Of a DNA stretch of 33,466 nucleotides, positions 32,877 to 33,466 are shown in pieces. The position numbers and the translations under genes are program-made. Source of the DNA: Caecitellus pseudoparvulus (Eukaryota; Protista; Bigyra: Bicosoecida); NCBI GenBank assembly GCA_965644315.1, contig CBFFRQ010000151.1, positions 1-33,466 on the forward strand, in the 5' to 3' direction. Numbering within the stretch: position 1 is the first letter of the stretch; every line of letters starts with the position of its first letter. Below the pieces are notes generated by a model, which saw only the letters and a program-made list of their open reading frames with translations, did not search any database and was not told the DNA's origin.

Positions 32877-33466
32877 TAGGGTTAGGGTTAGGGTTAGGGT
32901 TAGGGTTAGGGTTAGGGTTAGGGTTAGGGTTAGGGTTAGGGTTAGGGTTAGGGTTAGGGTTAGGGTTAGGGTTAGGGTTAGGGTTAGGGTTAGGGTTAGG
33001 GTTAGGGTTAGGGTTAGGGTTAGGGTTAGGGTTAGGGTTAGGGTTAGGGTTAGGGTTAGGGTTAGGGTTAGGGTTAGGGTTAGGGTTAGGGTTAGGGTTA
33101 GGGTTAGGGTTAGGGTTAGGGTTAGGGTTAGGGTTAGGGTTAGGGTTAGGGTTAGGGTTAGGGTTAGGGTTAGGGTTAGGGTTAGGGTTAGGGTTAGGGT
33201 TAGGGTTAGGGTTAGGGTTAGGGTTAGGGTTAGGGTTAGGGTTAGGGTTAGGGTTAGGGTTAGGGTTAGGGTTAGGGTTAGGGTTAGGGTTAGGGTTAGG
33301 GTTAGGGTTAGGGTTAGGGTTAGGGTTAGGGTTAGGGTTAGGGTTAGGGTTAGGGTTAGGGTTAGGGTTAGGGTTAGGGTTAGGGTTAGGGTTAGGGTTA
33401 GGGTTAGGGTTAGGGTTAGGGTTAGGGTTAGGGTTAGGGTTAGGGTTAGGGTTAGGGTTAGGGTTA
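32875..33466 (+). repeat. Telomere, (TTAGGG)n, about 98 repeats
   Basis: Uninterrupted TTAGGG array to the end of the window, G-strand running 5'->3' outward. Confidence 0.99.

Noticed and set aside
1-33466. CRISPR arrays, rRNA, tRNA or prokaryotic operons
   Set aside because: None seen; the telomere, intron and LINE content show a eukaryotic chromosome end.

Overview
Right-hand end of a chromosome from a GC-rich, intron-containing eukaryote (probably a protist; the taxon cannot be fixed from this window), ending in a (TTAGGG)n telomere at 32875-33466. The main structure is a 15.4-kb head-to-tail array of three non-LTR retroelements between an internal telomere remnant (17493-17509) and the present telomere. 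All three are on the minus strand with their 5' ends facing the telomere. Element A (~17510-22331) is a 5'-truncated APE-RT element. Element B (~22336-25263) has only ORF1, no RT, and shares both termini with element C. Element C (~25270-32874) appears full length, with one long ORF: ORF1-like region, putative Josephin-like protease, APE, RT and CCHC finger. Each element's 3' end abuts a TTAG, carries a shared CAATGCATT motif and has no poly(A). This resembles the HeT-A/TART/TAHRE chromosome-end system, but alongside canonical telomeric repeats. The proximal 17.5 kb is subtelomeric: an ankyrin gene split by a tandem dimer of a non-autonomous Helitron2/Helentron-like element, a Zisupton/KDZ-like transposase, an FN3-repeat gene fragment, an intact spliced Crinkler/RHS-type NTPase-REase gene, and a WD40-like gene cut at the old telomere. 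All alignments were done by hand, and family assignments rest on motif recognition, not database searches.
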